Shown: positions 37,011-52,371 of the stretch, piece after piece
Numbering within the stretch: position 1 is the stretch's first letter
Layout: every line of letters begins with the position of its first letter
Assembly (NCBI RefSeq): GCF_036321535.1
Contig: NC_087447.1
Span: 5,952,001 to 6,016,000 of the forward strand
Length of the DNA stretch: 64,000 nt
Reading direction: 5' to 3'
From: Camelus dromedarius
Taxonomy: Eukaryota
Made by a program: the position numbers and the translations under genes
The notes under the pieces: generated by a model
Seen by the model: only the letters and a program-made list of their open reading frames with translations
Databases searched by the model: none
What the model was told of the DNA's origin: nothing

Positions 37011-38184
37011 GGACGGAAGATGGTTCTAGGTTGATGTGAGAAGCAAGCAAACTCTGCTGTGAAGAGCCCAGTAAGACAGATGATAAGATTTTCTTTTTAT
37101 TGTCGGCTTAATAGTTTATTAGTTTATTAGTGAGAGGTTGTCAGCTGCTTTGTGCTGCTATCTGGACGGCTGAGAGAGGTGATGTTGCTGCTGATTATCA
37201 CACAACAGTCATTCCTGGTCATGTGGCCATGGGGCTAGAGGGGACAGTGTGCTGCCACAGCTGTCACAGCCACTGGAGTGAGGGGCTGGGTCAGGAGGCG
37301 TTTCCAGCTTTGGTCCTCATCCAGGAAGCATCCAGACACTGGTACTGAATTTGTGTCTAGCTTCCACCTCTTGGGGGGCCCTTGAGGTTCTTTCCTGACA
37401 TCTGATCTCAGTTCAGGTCCATCTCCCGCCACCTGGGGCTATTTAATCACTTTAAACTCCTAGAGGAGAAGAGGTATCAAGTGTTTGCCTCACAGGGGCT
37501 TCTTGGCCTCCAGCCAATCAGCATCTTTCGATGGCAAGCAAAATAAAAGGGAATCTTTGGTAGAACACTGGGAGCTGTGCAGTTAATGTGGGTTGAAAGT
37601 CAGACCTGGAAACAAGCAGACATTGAGGAAGTTTGGGAGGCTGAAGCAGGGACGGGGAGCAGCGTGATCAGGCCACTGCCGGATGCTAGTTCCCAGCCAC
37701 TCTCAGAATATTTGAGACTTTGCCTAAAACTTACATTCTGAGTAAGGATCATCCACTTGGCCTTTGTTGGATCACGGGCCTGCAATTTTGTTGGTTGAAG
37801 AGGAGGGGACGGCTCCTGATTACAGACCCATCAGCTGGTTTAAAGCAGCAGGCAACTTCTAAGTGGCTGTTTCTCTCACTAATAAGGAAATAATAAAAGA
37901 GTAGATTTTATTTTCTTCCTCCACTGCAGAACTTGCTCACAGAGGACCCACCTCGGGCTGTTGTCCTGGTTCCTATGTGTGTAATTTCAGACAGTTCGAC
38001 ACACACACAGAGCCCCGTAACCCCATGGGAACAAGGGCTATTACAGGGGGAAGGGTCAAGTGGAACCTCTGACCACTAAAACAACAAACTATTCACTCAT
38101 TTATTCAGTATTTATCAAGACTCAACTATGCATCGGAGACTCCACCGGAGATCAGGGCTCCAAGAGTAACCAGACAGGGGATTA

Positions 38185-38975
38185 GCAAAAATACATACGG
38201 TAAGGAGTCGGGTGGGAGGGGAGAGAAATAGGTGGGGGAGATTAAGAGGTACAAACCTTCAATTAATGACATAAATGAGTGCCGGGTATGAAATGTACAG
38301 TGTGGGGAAAATAGTCAATAGTTATATAATATTTTTGTATGTGACAGATGACGACTTAGCATGCTAATTATTTTGAAATGTATAGAAATATTGAATCACT
38401 ATTGTGTATCAGGAAATAACATAGTGTTGTAGGTCAATTATACTTCACAGACAAACTCATAAAAAAGATCAGATTTGTGACTATCAGAGGTGGGGAGTGG
38501 GAGGAGGGGGAATTGATGAATGTAGTCAAAAGGTACGAATGTCTAGGTACGAGATAAATAAGTTCTAGGGTGTAATGTACAACATGACGAAGACAGTTAA
38601 CCCAGCTGTACATTATAAGTGAAAGCTGTTAAGAGAATAAACCCTAAGAGTTCTCATCACAGGGAGAAAATGTTTTGTTTTGTTTTTTAATTTTTTTAAT
38701 TTTAATTTTTTTTACTTATCTCTTTGGGGGGAGGTAATTAGGTTTATTGATTTTTTAAAATTGTTTTTTAAATGGATGTACTGGGGATTGAACCCAGGAC
38801 CTCATGCATGCTAAGCATGTGCTCTACCATGGAGCTCTACCTTTCCCCCCCAAAAATTTTTTTCTATTTCTTTAATGTAGTAAGTTCAATCATTATGTCG
38901 TACACCTTAAACGTATACAGTGCTGTATGCCAATTATATCCCAATAAAACTAGGGGAGAAAAGGATTACATAAAG
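38185..38975 (+). mobile_element. LINE-1 3'UTR fragment (laurasiatherian type), interrupted by a SINE
   Basis: ggagattaagaggtacaaac..aaatgtacagtgtgggg..; aaaggtacgaat..gagataaataagttctaggg..; ends tacaccttaaacgtatacagtgctgtatgccaattatatcccaataaaac. Confidence 0.75.
38672..38851 (-). mobile_element. tRNA-derived SINE, camelid Vic-1 type
   Basis: Minus strand GGGGAAAGGTAGAGCTCCATGGTAGAGCACATGCTTAGCATGCATGAGGTCCTGGGTTCAATCCCCAGTAC with A and B boxes, then an A-rich tail containing CCTAATTACCTCCCCCC. Confidence 0.8.
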
Positions 38976-39557
38976 TGAGACCACGCAGGACCCTGGCCCA
39001 GGCTGGAGAGGGTGGTGACCTGGACAAGGCAGAGGCAGAGTTGGGATGGGAGCAGACAGCAAAACTGAGAAGTGGCTGGTGAGTGAGTTTGGATGGGACC
39101 CAATGGCCGGCTGAATGTGAGGAAGCGGGGACAGTGGCTGCTGGATTTGGCTCCCCAGTGATGCCATTCATGGAGGAAGAGACGTGGGAGAAGAAGCAAC
39201 TTTGGGGAGGTGGATGGTATGGTCAGTGTGGGATCCGCTGAGCTTGCCATGTTTGGAGGTCACCCAAGTGGGCTGCTCAAGGAGGCACCTGAATGCCTGA
39301 ATCCAGAATTCAAGCCAGAGGCCCAAGTTGAAGATAGAGATTGGAGTTTCCATTCTACCCATGGCTGGGGATCCCAGAAACCACCAGCGCTGCCACCCTC
39401 ACTGGTTAATCCTTCACGCCCCACCCTTTGCTTTCCCAGTGAGCCTGGGAAACAGACTGAGCAAATCACACCATGCGCTGGGGGAGTTCTGTCTCCTAAC
39501 TTCATAAATGTCCATAGTGTCTGAAGTTTTCAATGATCTTATGTTCATTTTATAAGG

Positions 39558-39701
39558 TTTTTTTTTAGAGATTTGAACTTGATCTTTATTAAAATATTAA
39601 TCTTTACCTTAATGCAGTCTTTTATAACACACTGTGATTTATAACACAAATTGAAACTCTTCTACTGAAAAAAAATCAGTATTTTTATTTTGGTTAGTTT
39701 A
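39558..39701 (-). pseudogene. Candidate 5'-truncated retroposed mRNA 3' end (~135 nt plus A9) with target-site duplication
   Basis: On the minus strand: AATAAA (39590-39585), 18 nt, then A9 (39566-39558). Flanked by direct repeats ATTTTATAAG at 39547-39556 and 39702-39711. Confidence 0.5.
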
Positions 39702-40413
39702 ATTTTATAAGTTTTAAAACAGCAGCCAAAAAGAAGAACACTACATCTGTTTTTCTGTGTGTAACCATGGGTTATGGAAAACTAGCCGATTGTGGTCTCA
39801 ACTGACATTCTGGACAGAAACTCCTCCTTGGAGCAGAAGTAATGTGGCACTTGGTGTGCAGTTATCAATCTGGCCACTCCATTCTTTGTTCCTGCTGAAT
39901 CTGACTCCCAGGAGCTTTTTGCCTTCACCCAGCAGGGTAGCATCACACCTTCCCCACCCTGACTCAGGGATGTGTTCTTGTCCTTTCCAGCCACCTCAGC
40001 AATGACTTCATGCTCACGGGCTCTGGAGGACAGAGGGCAGCATGTGTGCCCTAACAGGGAAGATGAAACTCACGAGAAGTGCAGGGGCCTGCCACCCTGG
40101 GGAAGCTCTAGGTGCCCAGTAGTCCTGGGTCCAGATCTACAGAGGAGACTCAAAACCTCATGGGTGGCTCTGGATGGAAGAAGCAGCCGACACTTCCCTG
40201 GGTGCCCTTCTCAGCTCATTAATTGTAAAGTGAGGCTGAGTGATGCAAACTCCTTTGGCTGGTCTGGGCCACAGGATAAGGTGGGCCACCAGCCCATCCT
40301 CAGGACTTTAGCCCCAGTAACCTCGGAGGTGTTGGTAGGAGTGAGGAGTCATTTACTTAACATGTATTCACTGGACAGCAATTGTGTGCCAGGCACCGTG
40401 CTTGCTGCCTGCT

Positions 40414-40414
<1 letters not shown>

Positions 40415-40450
<36 letters not shown>
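40415..40450. repeat. (GT)18 microsatellite
   Basis: Perfect GT run of 36 nt. Confidence 0.95.
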
Positions 40451-40452
<2 letters not shown>

Positions 40453-40468
40453 TATGGAGTGCCTGTTT

Positions 40469-40611
40469 GTTTATATTTTTATTTAGTTATTTTGTTTTGG
40501 CAGGGGGAGTTAATTAGATTTGTTTATTTTTGGAGGACGTATTGGGGATTGAACCTGGGACCTCATGCATGCTAAGCATGCGCTTTACCACTTGAGCTAT
40601 AGCCTCTCCCC
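40469..40611 (-). mobile_element. tRNA-derived SINE, camelid Vic-1 type, with 14-bp TSD
   Basis: Minus strand GGGGAGAGGCTATAGCTCAAGTGGTAAAGCGCATGCTTAGCATGCATGAGGTCCCAGGTTCAATCCCCAATAC. TSD TGGAGTGCCTGTTT at 40455-40468 and 40612-40625. Confidence 0.88.
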
Positions 40612-40639
40612 TGGAGTGCCTGTTTATAATTAATAATTG

Positions 40640-41760
40640 TAATAGTACAAATGATGATGATAGCTAAGTTTACTGAGCACTTACTATGTTGGAAACCCTG
40701 TTTTAAGCCTGGTGGTCTATTATCTTACTTAATCCTTATGACAACCCCTGAAGTCAGCAGATTCTATTATTATCCACTGTTTTGTAGCTGAGAGGTTAAG
40801 TAACTTGCTCCAGGCCACTCGGGTCGTAGTGGCAGAGCTGGATCTCTGTCCAACTAAAAGATCTGCACCTGTGACCATTTGCCTCCCAAAGCTTTAGTTC
40901 CAATAGGAGAAACAAATAATAACCTCATCTATATATAAATAAAAATAATTGCCACTACAATGAGTGGCAGAAAGAAAATGCAAAGGGAGCTGAGGTAGGT
41001 GAGTGGATGGCTTCAGACAGAGCAGTGCAGGGGTCTCAGGAAGAGCTGGGGAGGAAGAGGGCTCAGGAGGTGGACAGCATCTGCAGAGACCTCGAGTGGG
41101 GAGGGGCTTGGCTTGTTGTAGGATCAGGCACTGTGGCTGGGGCTCTGAAAGGCAGAGGGAGCTTGGGGACGTTTGCAGACCTCACAGGGGTCTGAGGGCC
41201 AGGGAAGGAGTCTGGATTTTACTTGAGGCACTGGTATATTTTAAGTGAGGTGGAGATGCGATTTGGTTTAGATTTTAAGGTGATTCTGCATGGGCTGGAA
41301 GGGATGCGAGGAAGTGAGAGTTCAAGGTTGTCACTGGAGGAGGGCCCCTGGGGGCCTGGAGCAAAGTGGTGGCTTGTGGGGAAGAGGACTGGGGGGTATC
41401 TAGAGAGATGTGTTGTAGGCAGAATCTTGGGTGTAGATTTCATGTAGGGGTGAAGGAGCTGTTTATGGATCATATGCGACAACTTCTAGATCTTCAAAAT
41501 ACTTCAGCTAGAGAGGTGAGGAGTGGGGGTGGATGAGGGTGGAATAAGGGTGGTCTCGGTGGGCAATGGTCACAGTGCTGGGTACTGAAGACAAAGGGCC
41601 TCTTTGCTCCAATCTCTCTACTTTTGTGGTGTTTGAAGTTGTACATAATATAAAGTTTAAAAAAAAAACAAAGAAGAGGAAGAAGATGATTGCTCTGTAA
41701 GTGCCTGGTTTAAGCAGCAGTGGTGACACTACTGAGATAGCAAAGACAGAGAGGAGTGGG
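40640..41760 (-). mobile_element. MIR (~40640-40870) followed by an L2 relic
   Basis: actgagcacttactatgttgg..cttaatccttatgacaacccctgaag..gtagctgagaggttaagtaacttgc; purine-rich minus-strand L2 text downstream. Confidence 0.65.
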
Positions 41761-42054
41761 GTTGGGTGAGGGTGGAAATCAGGCACCCTGTTTCGGCCGT
41801 GCTGGGCGGAGCCCTGTCAGGCCTCGGTGGGAGGGCAGGGGCAGAGGCCTCTGGGATTTGGGGGCCAGGCTCTGCCCTCTTCCTCAGTCGTTACAATGGA
41901 GCAACCTTGTTCTAATAGACACCAAACACGTGAACAAGAGACAAGGACCAGGAGATGGGAGCTGTTCAGCACACACTGGGGTTTCTGGTTCCACCTGGCT
42001 GTGAAGACCCAGTGACCCTCAGTCATGAGGTGGAAGTGGGTTCAGAGCCTTGTA

Positions 42055-42560
42055 ACAGCTCTCCATTGCATGTAACAAACCACTCCAAAACAACAAGGAT
42101 TTTCTTATTTCTCACCATTCAGTAGGTCAGCAATTTGGGCTTCAGGATCAGCTTGGTGGTTTGTCTGCTAGTCTCACCTGGGGGTCACTCTTGCGGCCAC
42201 AGTCATCTGTGGCCCCGCTTGGCCTGGCGTGTCCAAGATGGCCTCACTCTGGTACCTGGAAGCTGTTGTTGGCTCTTGGCTGGGGCCTGAGTTCTCGCAC
42301 ATGTGACCTCTCACCTGTCTGGAGGTTAGGCCGGGCACCTTCACAGCATGGTGGTCTTGGGGCTGCGAGAGAGCAGAGGTAGAAACTGCAAGTCCTCCTG
42401 TGGCCTGGCCTCCACAGCTGCGCAGCCTCACCTCTACCATGTTTTACAGGTCAAAGCAAGTCACCAAGCCAGCCCAGATTTAAAGAGTGGGGAAATAGAT
42501 TCTGCCTCTTGAGGGGAGGAGCTACAAAGAATTTGTGGTCGTATTTAATCTACTATCAGC
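42055..42560 (-). mobile_element. MaLR MLT1 solo LTR
   Basis: Starts ttgcatgtaacaaaccactccaaaac and ends ggggaaatagattctgcctcttgaggggaggagctacaaagaatttgtgg..aatctacta. Confidence 0.7.
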
Positions 42561-42719
42561 CTGAGGGCCCCAGTAAATGACCAAAACATGTCATTCTGCC
42601 CCCACATGTGACATACCACCAACTTCTTCCCTCAAACAAGCATCATAAAACAGCCGGTGTTCATCTTTTTGCAGATGTTGATCGGTTAGGAATGGCATTT
42701 GGCTTGTTACATTTCTGAA

Positions 42720-43262
42720 CGTGGCCACTAATGTATCTCCCATCCCACTGTGCTAATCTCAATGTGATGTTGACAAGCCTCCATCGAGAGGTGGGGTCTT
42801 ATGTTCCCTCCCCTTGAAACTGGGTGGACCTCTGTAATAGCTTTAACCAACAGAAAGGGGCAGAAGGGATGTATGAGACTTCCAGAGCTAGATCACAAAG
42901 GACAATGCAGCCTCCACCCTCTTGGTACACTTGTCCTTGAAACCTAGACAAGTTGTGAGGAGGCCCAACCCACACGGAGAAGCCCTCTTTGGGGGTTTCA
43001 GCCGGTAGCCCTAGTTAGGCCCTCAGCCCTCAGCCAGCGTCAACTGCCAGGTGTGTGAGTGAACGAGCCTTCGGATTATTCCACTCCCGGCCTTCAATTC
43101 TTCCAGGAGAGGCCCTGAACATCACAGAGCAGGGATAAACCATCCTCTGTGCCATGTCTGAATTCTTGACCCACAGAAAGCAGGAGAGATAATAATGGTT
43201 ATTGCTGGTTTAAGCCACTAAGTTGTGGGGTAATTTGTTATGCAGCAGTAGATAATAATATA
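42720..43262 (+). mobile_element. MaLR MLT1 solo LTR
   Basis: cctccatcgagaggtggggtc..ccttgaaactgggtggac..; ends aagccactaagttgtggggtaatttgttatgcagcagtagataataata (canonical MLT1 3' end). Confidence 0.8.
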
Positions 43263-43269
43263 GGCTGCT

Positions 43270-43700
43270 GGTAATAGAGACAAGAACAAACAGTGGCTTA
43301 AACAAACTAACAGTTTATTTCTCTTTGTCACTGAGAGAGTCTGGAAGTAGGGAACCCAGGGATGATATGGGCACGCCTATGGTGGTGTCATCAGAAGCTC
43401 AGGGTCTTTTATCTTACTGTTCTACTATCCTCAGCACAAGGCAACAATTCTCAAGGTCACCTCCTCATCCAGGGTAGCTACTGGAGTTCCAACCATCACA
43501 TCTGCATTCCAAGCTGAATGCAAAATGAAGCAGAAAGGACAGAACTAGCCCTCACCAGTATCATTTCTATTTCAAGGAGCATTTGTAGAAATCCCTTCCA
43601 ACATGTTCTACTCATATCTCATACCTTAAAATTAAGTCACAAAGCCACACCATATGCGCAAAGGAGGCTGGAAATGTTGACTTTGAGCTGGGCTCATCAC
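43270..43700 (-). mobile_element. MaLR MLT1 (J/K-like) LTR
   Basis: aacagtggcttaaacaa..tttatttctct..ccatcacatctgcattcca..aagtcacaaagccacacc..aaaggaggctggaaatg. Confidence 0.65.
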
Positions 43701-45001
43701 CACCTAAAATACTGGGATTCTGGTATTGAGGAGGGGAGGAGATGGATAATGGCTGGAGCGGTGATAGAGAAGGACAATGGAAGAGGGAAATCTTCCCCAT
43801 GGGGAGAAGCTGGAGCCATACATTGGCCCCCGCCTGCTGCAGCCTCCTTGAATGTTTGAGCACCGTGGAGTTTTCCACCTAAGTTGCATCTGAACAAAGG
43901 ATTGACTTCACGGCCTGTGAGGCCATGGGCTGGTACACAGGGAAGGCTCTGGTCTCTAATTCCACCCTCCCTACGTAGCCAGCAGGCTGCTGGACTTTCG
44001 CTAAAAATCCTAAGATGCAGCCCTGAGCTTATCACTTCCCCGCTCAACCACCTTCCATGGCTCCAGTTTGCTCCAGGTTCCCCCAGTAGAAGGGCAAATT
44101 CTGGGGATTGGTGTTGAAAGCCTCAGCCAACTCTTCTGTAGCTCTTCTTCTGCCTCATTGTCATGCTTTTCTTCATGCCCTGCATCCAAGCCTTGGTGCA
44201 GGCAGCGGCTGCTGCACAGAACACCCTCTGTCCTGCCTCTGCTAGGAGGAATCGCACCCATTCTCAACACTCTTCTGGGGCCACTACTGGCCCTTCGGTG
44301 CCTCTGCATGGATTAGAAAAGGGTGCTCTTTAGTCAGGTGGGTGGAGCTCTGTGTCACACCTTGAGGAGTGGCCCACTGGTGGGATTCCACCCACACTGG
44401 CCCCTTGCACAGTGAACACCCCACACAGCTGTACATGTGACTATGTCACGTCCAAGGATCTCTCTAGCCCCATCAGTGAGTGAGGCCCTTCCTTTGCCCT
44501 CTTCTGTCTTCAGACCCCATGGCTTGATCTGGGGCTGGCTGTTTCCAGCTTTGAGTCCTCTAAACTGCTCAGTGTCCATCCCCCCCCACCCCCGATCGAT
44601 AACACCAATAGCCATCAGGGGAACTGAATTTGTGCCACAGACCACACCTCTTTCTTCCCACTCTGGGGACCAACCACACTCCCTTAGCCCTTGGCACACC
44701 CAGCAGAAGAATAGAAACCCCTACTGGGCTGGAAGAGGCGCCACTGGGACAGTGCCTTAGAAGTGACCCAGATACAAGTCAGTTGGATACCAGTCTGTTG
44801 GAAACAGTTGCTCAGAACAACTCAAACCTGAGTCTCAGAAATCCCAGGCCGGGCAGGGAGGTTCCCCCTCAGCTCACCCTCTCCTGGGTGCAGCCCCACC
44901 TGCATCCCCTCCCAGACCCAGCATGGCCCATTGCGTTTCTTGTGGTGGCCTTGAACCTACCACCCAGGAATGCACATGAGAAGACCTTCCATTTCATACC
45001 T

Positions 45002-45007
45002 TTTATT
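45002..45007 (-). terminator. Polyadenylation signal of TMEM151A
   Basis: AATAAA on the minus strand ~1.1 kb after the stop. Confidence 0.7.
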
Positions 45008-46124
45008 TTATCTGCATCTTCTCCCTCCTCCCTCCCCCACCGGCCCCTGAGAGGGGTTGAAGCCCCAGTTGGAAGGGAAGGGACTATTCTCTCCTCCCTG
45101 GGGGAGGGATGGTGTCCCCTGGGCCAGGCCCCACCTATGGGGGAAGCTGGGACCTCCATGGAAGAACAAAGGCATCGTCCAAGAGGCTGTGGCTCAGACT
45201 GAGGCCCCTCAGATGCCCTGTAGCCCTGAGCCCCGTGGGTCATCAGGAAGGCGAAGAGCAGAGAGGTCGGGGCGGGGTGGGACAATGAGAGGACATAGCC
45301 CGGAGGGTGTGTGCGTGGCTGACAAGAGGCAGACGTGGACTTCAGAGGGCAGAAGCAGAGACCAGAGCATATGGAATTGAGGTGGGGCCATGAGAAGGAA
45401 CCCTGGGTTACAGGGGTAACTGGATGTGGCAGAGGGTGTACCAGGGGAAACGGTGGGCGGCGGAGGGGGCAAGGCTGTGCTACAAGAACCAGGCTCCCAG
45501 TAGAGCAGCTGCACCACAGGGTCTGATCAGGGACTGGCCCTGAGCAGAGGCCAGAGGGCAGGCCAGGAGGGGCCTGTCAGGGAAGGAGGATGGGGACTTT
45601 GGGAGGGTAGGGGCTGAGGCCGCGGTGTTGCCATAGCTCTTCAGGTTCGTGGATGCCAGCCAAGCTCGGCACAGCCCCAAACCACCAATTTGTGCTTCTG
45701 GGTTGCCCGAGGGCTCCCAATGTGGCCTCAGCCATTCAGGGAAGAGTCCACAGGCAGCCCTCTGCTGCAGGAAACAGCTGTCCCCAGGACTCCTCCCCCT
45801 TCCCAAGCTTTCTGGAAACTTCCTTCCCTGCCCTGCCTGAGAGGCCTCCAAGCTAGATCGTCTGCCATCACAGGGGGTGGAACATGGCGGTGGTGGTGGA
45901 GAGGGAGCCATGCTGGGACGGTTCATAGACTCAACTTCGGTGGTGTCCATTTGCCCCCAAAATGACCACAATCACTGCATGTTAGTCTGTTTAAGGGCTC
46001 TACCCCCACCCCCACCCATTGTGTGCTGGTCTGTTTTCCCTCCTGTTTTGGACAACAAGTACTCAGGCATCAAAGCCGGTGGTGGGGCGGTGGGGAGAGG
46101 GCCACTCAGGGGGCCACGTGGGTC

Positions 46125-49802
<3,678 letters not shown>

Positions 49803-50250
49803 GGTGTCCTGGCTGCTTGGGCGGCCGCCGCCCGGGCCCGGGGCATGATAGAGGGGAACGCGGAGGGCTGCGGCGCGGCCCCGAAGGGCGTCCGCTCGGC
49901 TCAGCGGCCGCGGAGGGAGTGCGCGGAACTCGAGCCTGAGCGCGGCGGCGGCGGCGACGGCGTTGGCGGCAGCGGTGCCCGGCGCCCCGCCCTCTGCTGA
50001 CCCCGCCCCCGCGGCACCCGCGGCTCCGCTGGCAGCGCCTGGCACCACGGGCGCGGCACCCGCCCCCAGAAACCCTGGCTGGGCGGACGGACGCCTGGGT
50101 TCCCCTCCTGCCGCGCTCTAGCTTGCGACCTTGGACGAGTCCTTGCTCTCTGGGGCCTGAGTTATCCCTGCAGTAAAATGAGGAGAGGGAACTCATAGAT
50201 GGGTAGGGATCCGCGGGGTCTCATCTTTGAGGAGTAAGTCCAGGCCTAAG
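49803..50250 (-). promoter_or_regulatory. CpG-island 5'UTR and promoter of TMEM151A
   Basis: Very CpG-rich stretch upstream of the ATG, with GC boxes. Confidence 0.7.
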
Positions 50251-51598
50251 CCCACCTAGACCCCACCCCTGAAGCCTCCCTTGTGGTAGAGGGGGCAGTT
50301 ACAGCCCTGAAAGGTGTGGTGAGTCTCATCGGCTTGACAGAGGCGCTGGACTCCACATACAGCAGGCAAACAGGAGGCCAGGACACCCGAGCCCTAGGCT
50401 TTGTGGCCTTGAGTTGGCACGCTGCACCCCAAACCTCAGTTTTCCCACCTGAGAAATGGGGATGGAAAAGTGTTGGGTTCAATGCACATTCATCATGCAG
50501 GATTTGTCCTGCACGAGAGGACTCCCTCCCAGGTACCGGTGGACCCAGTGCTGCTCCCTGGTCCTTAGGAGCCTCAGATCATCACATCTGCCCCTGGGTC
50601 AGGGCCTAGCGCCCAAGGTAGACAATCAGTGGGTAGGACATAGGCAGCTGCAAAGCTAGGTGGGTTTTGTTTTGTTTCGTGATTTTTTTTCCCCAAAGAG
50701 CAACACATAGACCATTTGGTTCAATATCCCTACCCATTTAAAGATGGGGTAACAGAAATGATAGAGGAAAGGACTGACCCAGAGTTTCATCCATTTATTT
50801 TTTACTTATTGGTCACAGATGTTTATTGTGTGCCTTCTATATGCAAGTACTGTGTTTGGCATTGTGAAGATAAAGGTAGAAGTGGAGAATGACAAACCAC
50901 TGTACAGAGAGGAAGCCTAGAATCTGGCCTCCAGCCTCCTCCCCAAGCCGGGTCAGGACTCTGTTCCCTTTATCGCCCTGAGAGACACAAGTTGAACTGA
51001 CTCTTAAAGGATTTATCTAGGTTTTAAATAAGTGGATATGGAGGGGAAGGGCACTTCAGGTGGAGGGAACTTCTGGGCAAAGGCACTGTGATTGGACCAC
51101 ATGGATTGAGTTTGAAGAACAGGAAGGTCACCTGGTGTAATTGGACACTGGGTAGCTAACTAGAGGCAGGTTGCAGAGGATCTCCTCTGTAGAAAGTGTC
51201 TGGAGGTCTGTGAGAAGGGAGGCCCCCAAAGACTGTCTTCGGGGAAGGTGGGAATGAGAGAAAGGAGCCCCTGAGATTATGAATGAGGCTTGGGGGTCTC
51301 ACTTTGAGATGACTGCAGGGCTGGCAATGACTCAGGAGTTTCAACAGCAGCTTCAGGAGAAGAATCAGCACACCTCTACCCACAAATCAGCTGGACTACA
51401 AGAGAGTTAAAGGGCCGAGACTGGTGCAGGATCCTATCCCAACTATTACCACTCTGTTTCTGGGACTTCAGATCTGAACCTCAGGTTTTCAGTATGTGGC
51501 GTGTGTGTGCGTGTGCGTGTGTTCGCGAGCGCGCGCTCTCATCGAGATCAGCAGCAGGTCCCAGGGTCTGCAGAATGGCAGTAGTGGCGGTAGGGCAT

Positions 51599-51625
51599 TT
51601 CAGCACCAAGACAACGGACAGCACC
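51599..51625 (+). promoter_or_regulatory. Non-canonical REST/NRSE (RE1) site with 8-bp spacer
   Basis: TTCAGCACC-aagacaac-GGACAGCACC: both RE1 half-sites in the correct order and orientation. Confidence 0.7.
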
Positions 51626-51899
51626 CGCGCGGAATAGAGGGGTGGGAGGCGGGAGGAGGAGTCAGCATCCAGGAACTCGCTTAGCCGCGCTGTGACTGCT
51701 CGGCCCGGCCGCCTACCAACACCCGCCCGGGATACCCGAGCTCTGCGCCAGGACTGGGCGAAATATGGAGGGCGGAGAAGGAAAGCTAGCATTGAGAGAG
51801 AGGGACAAGAGCCCAGAGGGACAGGACTTGGTCACAATGGGGCCCCACCACCCCCATTCCCTCCTGGAGTAAGTCCTGCGAGTGAAGCTTCGTTCCCGG

Positions 51900-52371
51900 A
51901 TTCCAGCCGCCGCCTGTCTCCGCCAGGTCTCTGCCTGCTGTAGTCGTGGCACGGCGAGCGTCAAGTGCCCCCACTGCGCAGGCGCGGAAATAATTCTCAA
52001 CACCCTCCTACCTTAACCCATCTATTGCTACTCCGGCCGCGAACTAACAACCATTATCCAATCCGAGAGTGCCTCAAATTGCTCCGCTTATTCCGCTGCC
52101 CGGAAGTTGACTATTACCGAATCCGCTTCGGCGAGGGCGCGCCAGTAGCCAATTGGGAGAGGGGAGTAGGGAAGCCTGTGCCTCCGAGGAGCCAATGGCA
52201 GGCGGCAGAGGATGACGCTACGGACATGGCTGCTGTGCTCCGACAATTCGGGGACGTGTCGGGCTGTTCGGTAACCTCGGTCGGTGCTTAGGGAACGGAG
52301 CAGCTGCCTCACTAGTATTCGTACCCACAAGGCGGCGCAGCGGGCCCTCGGAGACAGCGAGCGTCGGGGCC
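51900..52371 (+). promoter_or_regulatory. CpG-island promoter and 5'UTR of YIF1A
   Basis: NRF1-like TGCGCAGGCGCG 51975-51986, ETS CCGGAAGT 52100-52107, three CCAAT boxes. Confidence 0.75.
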
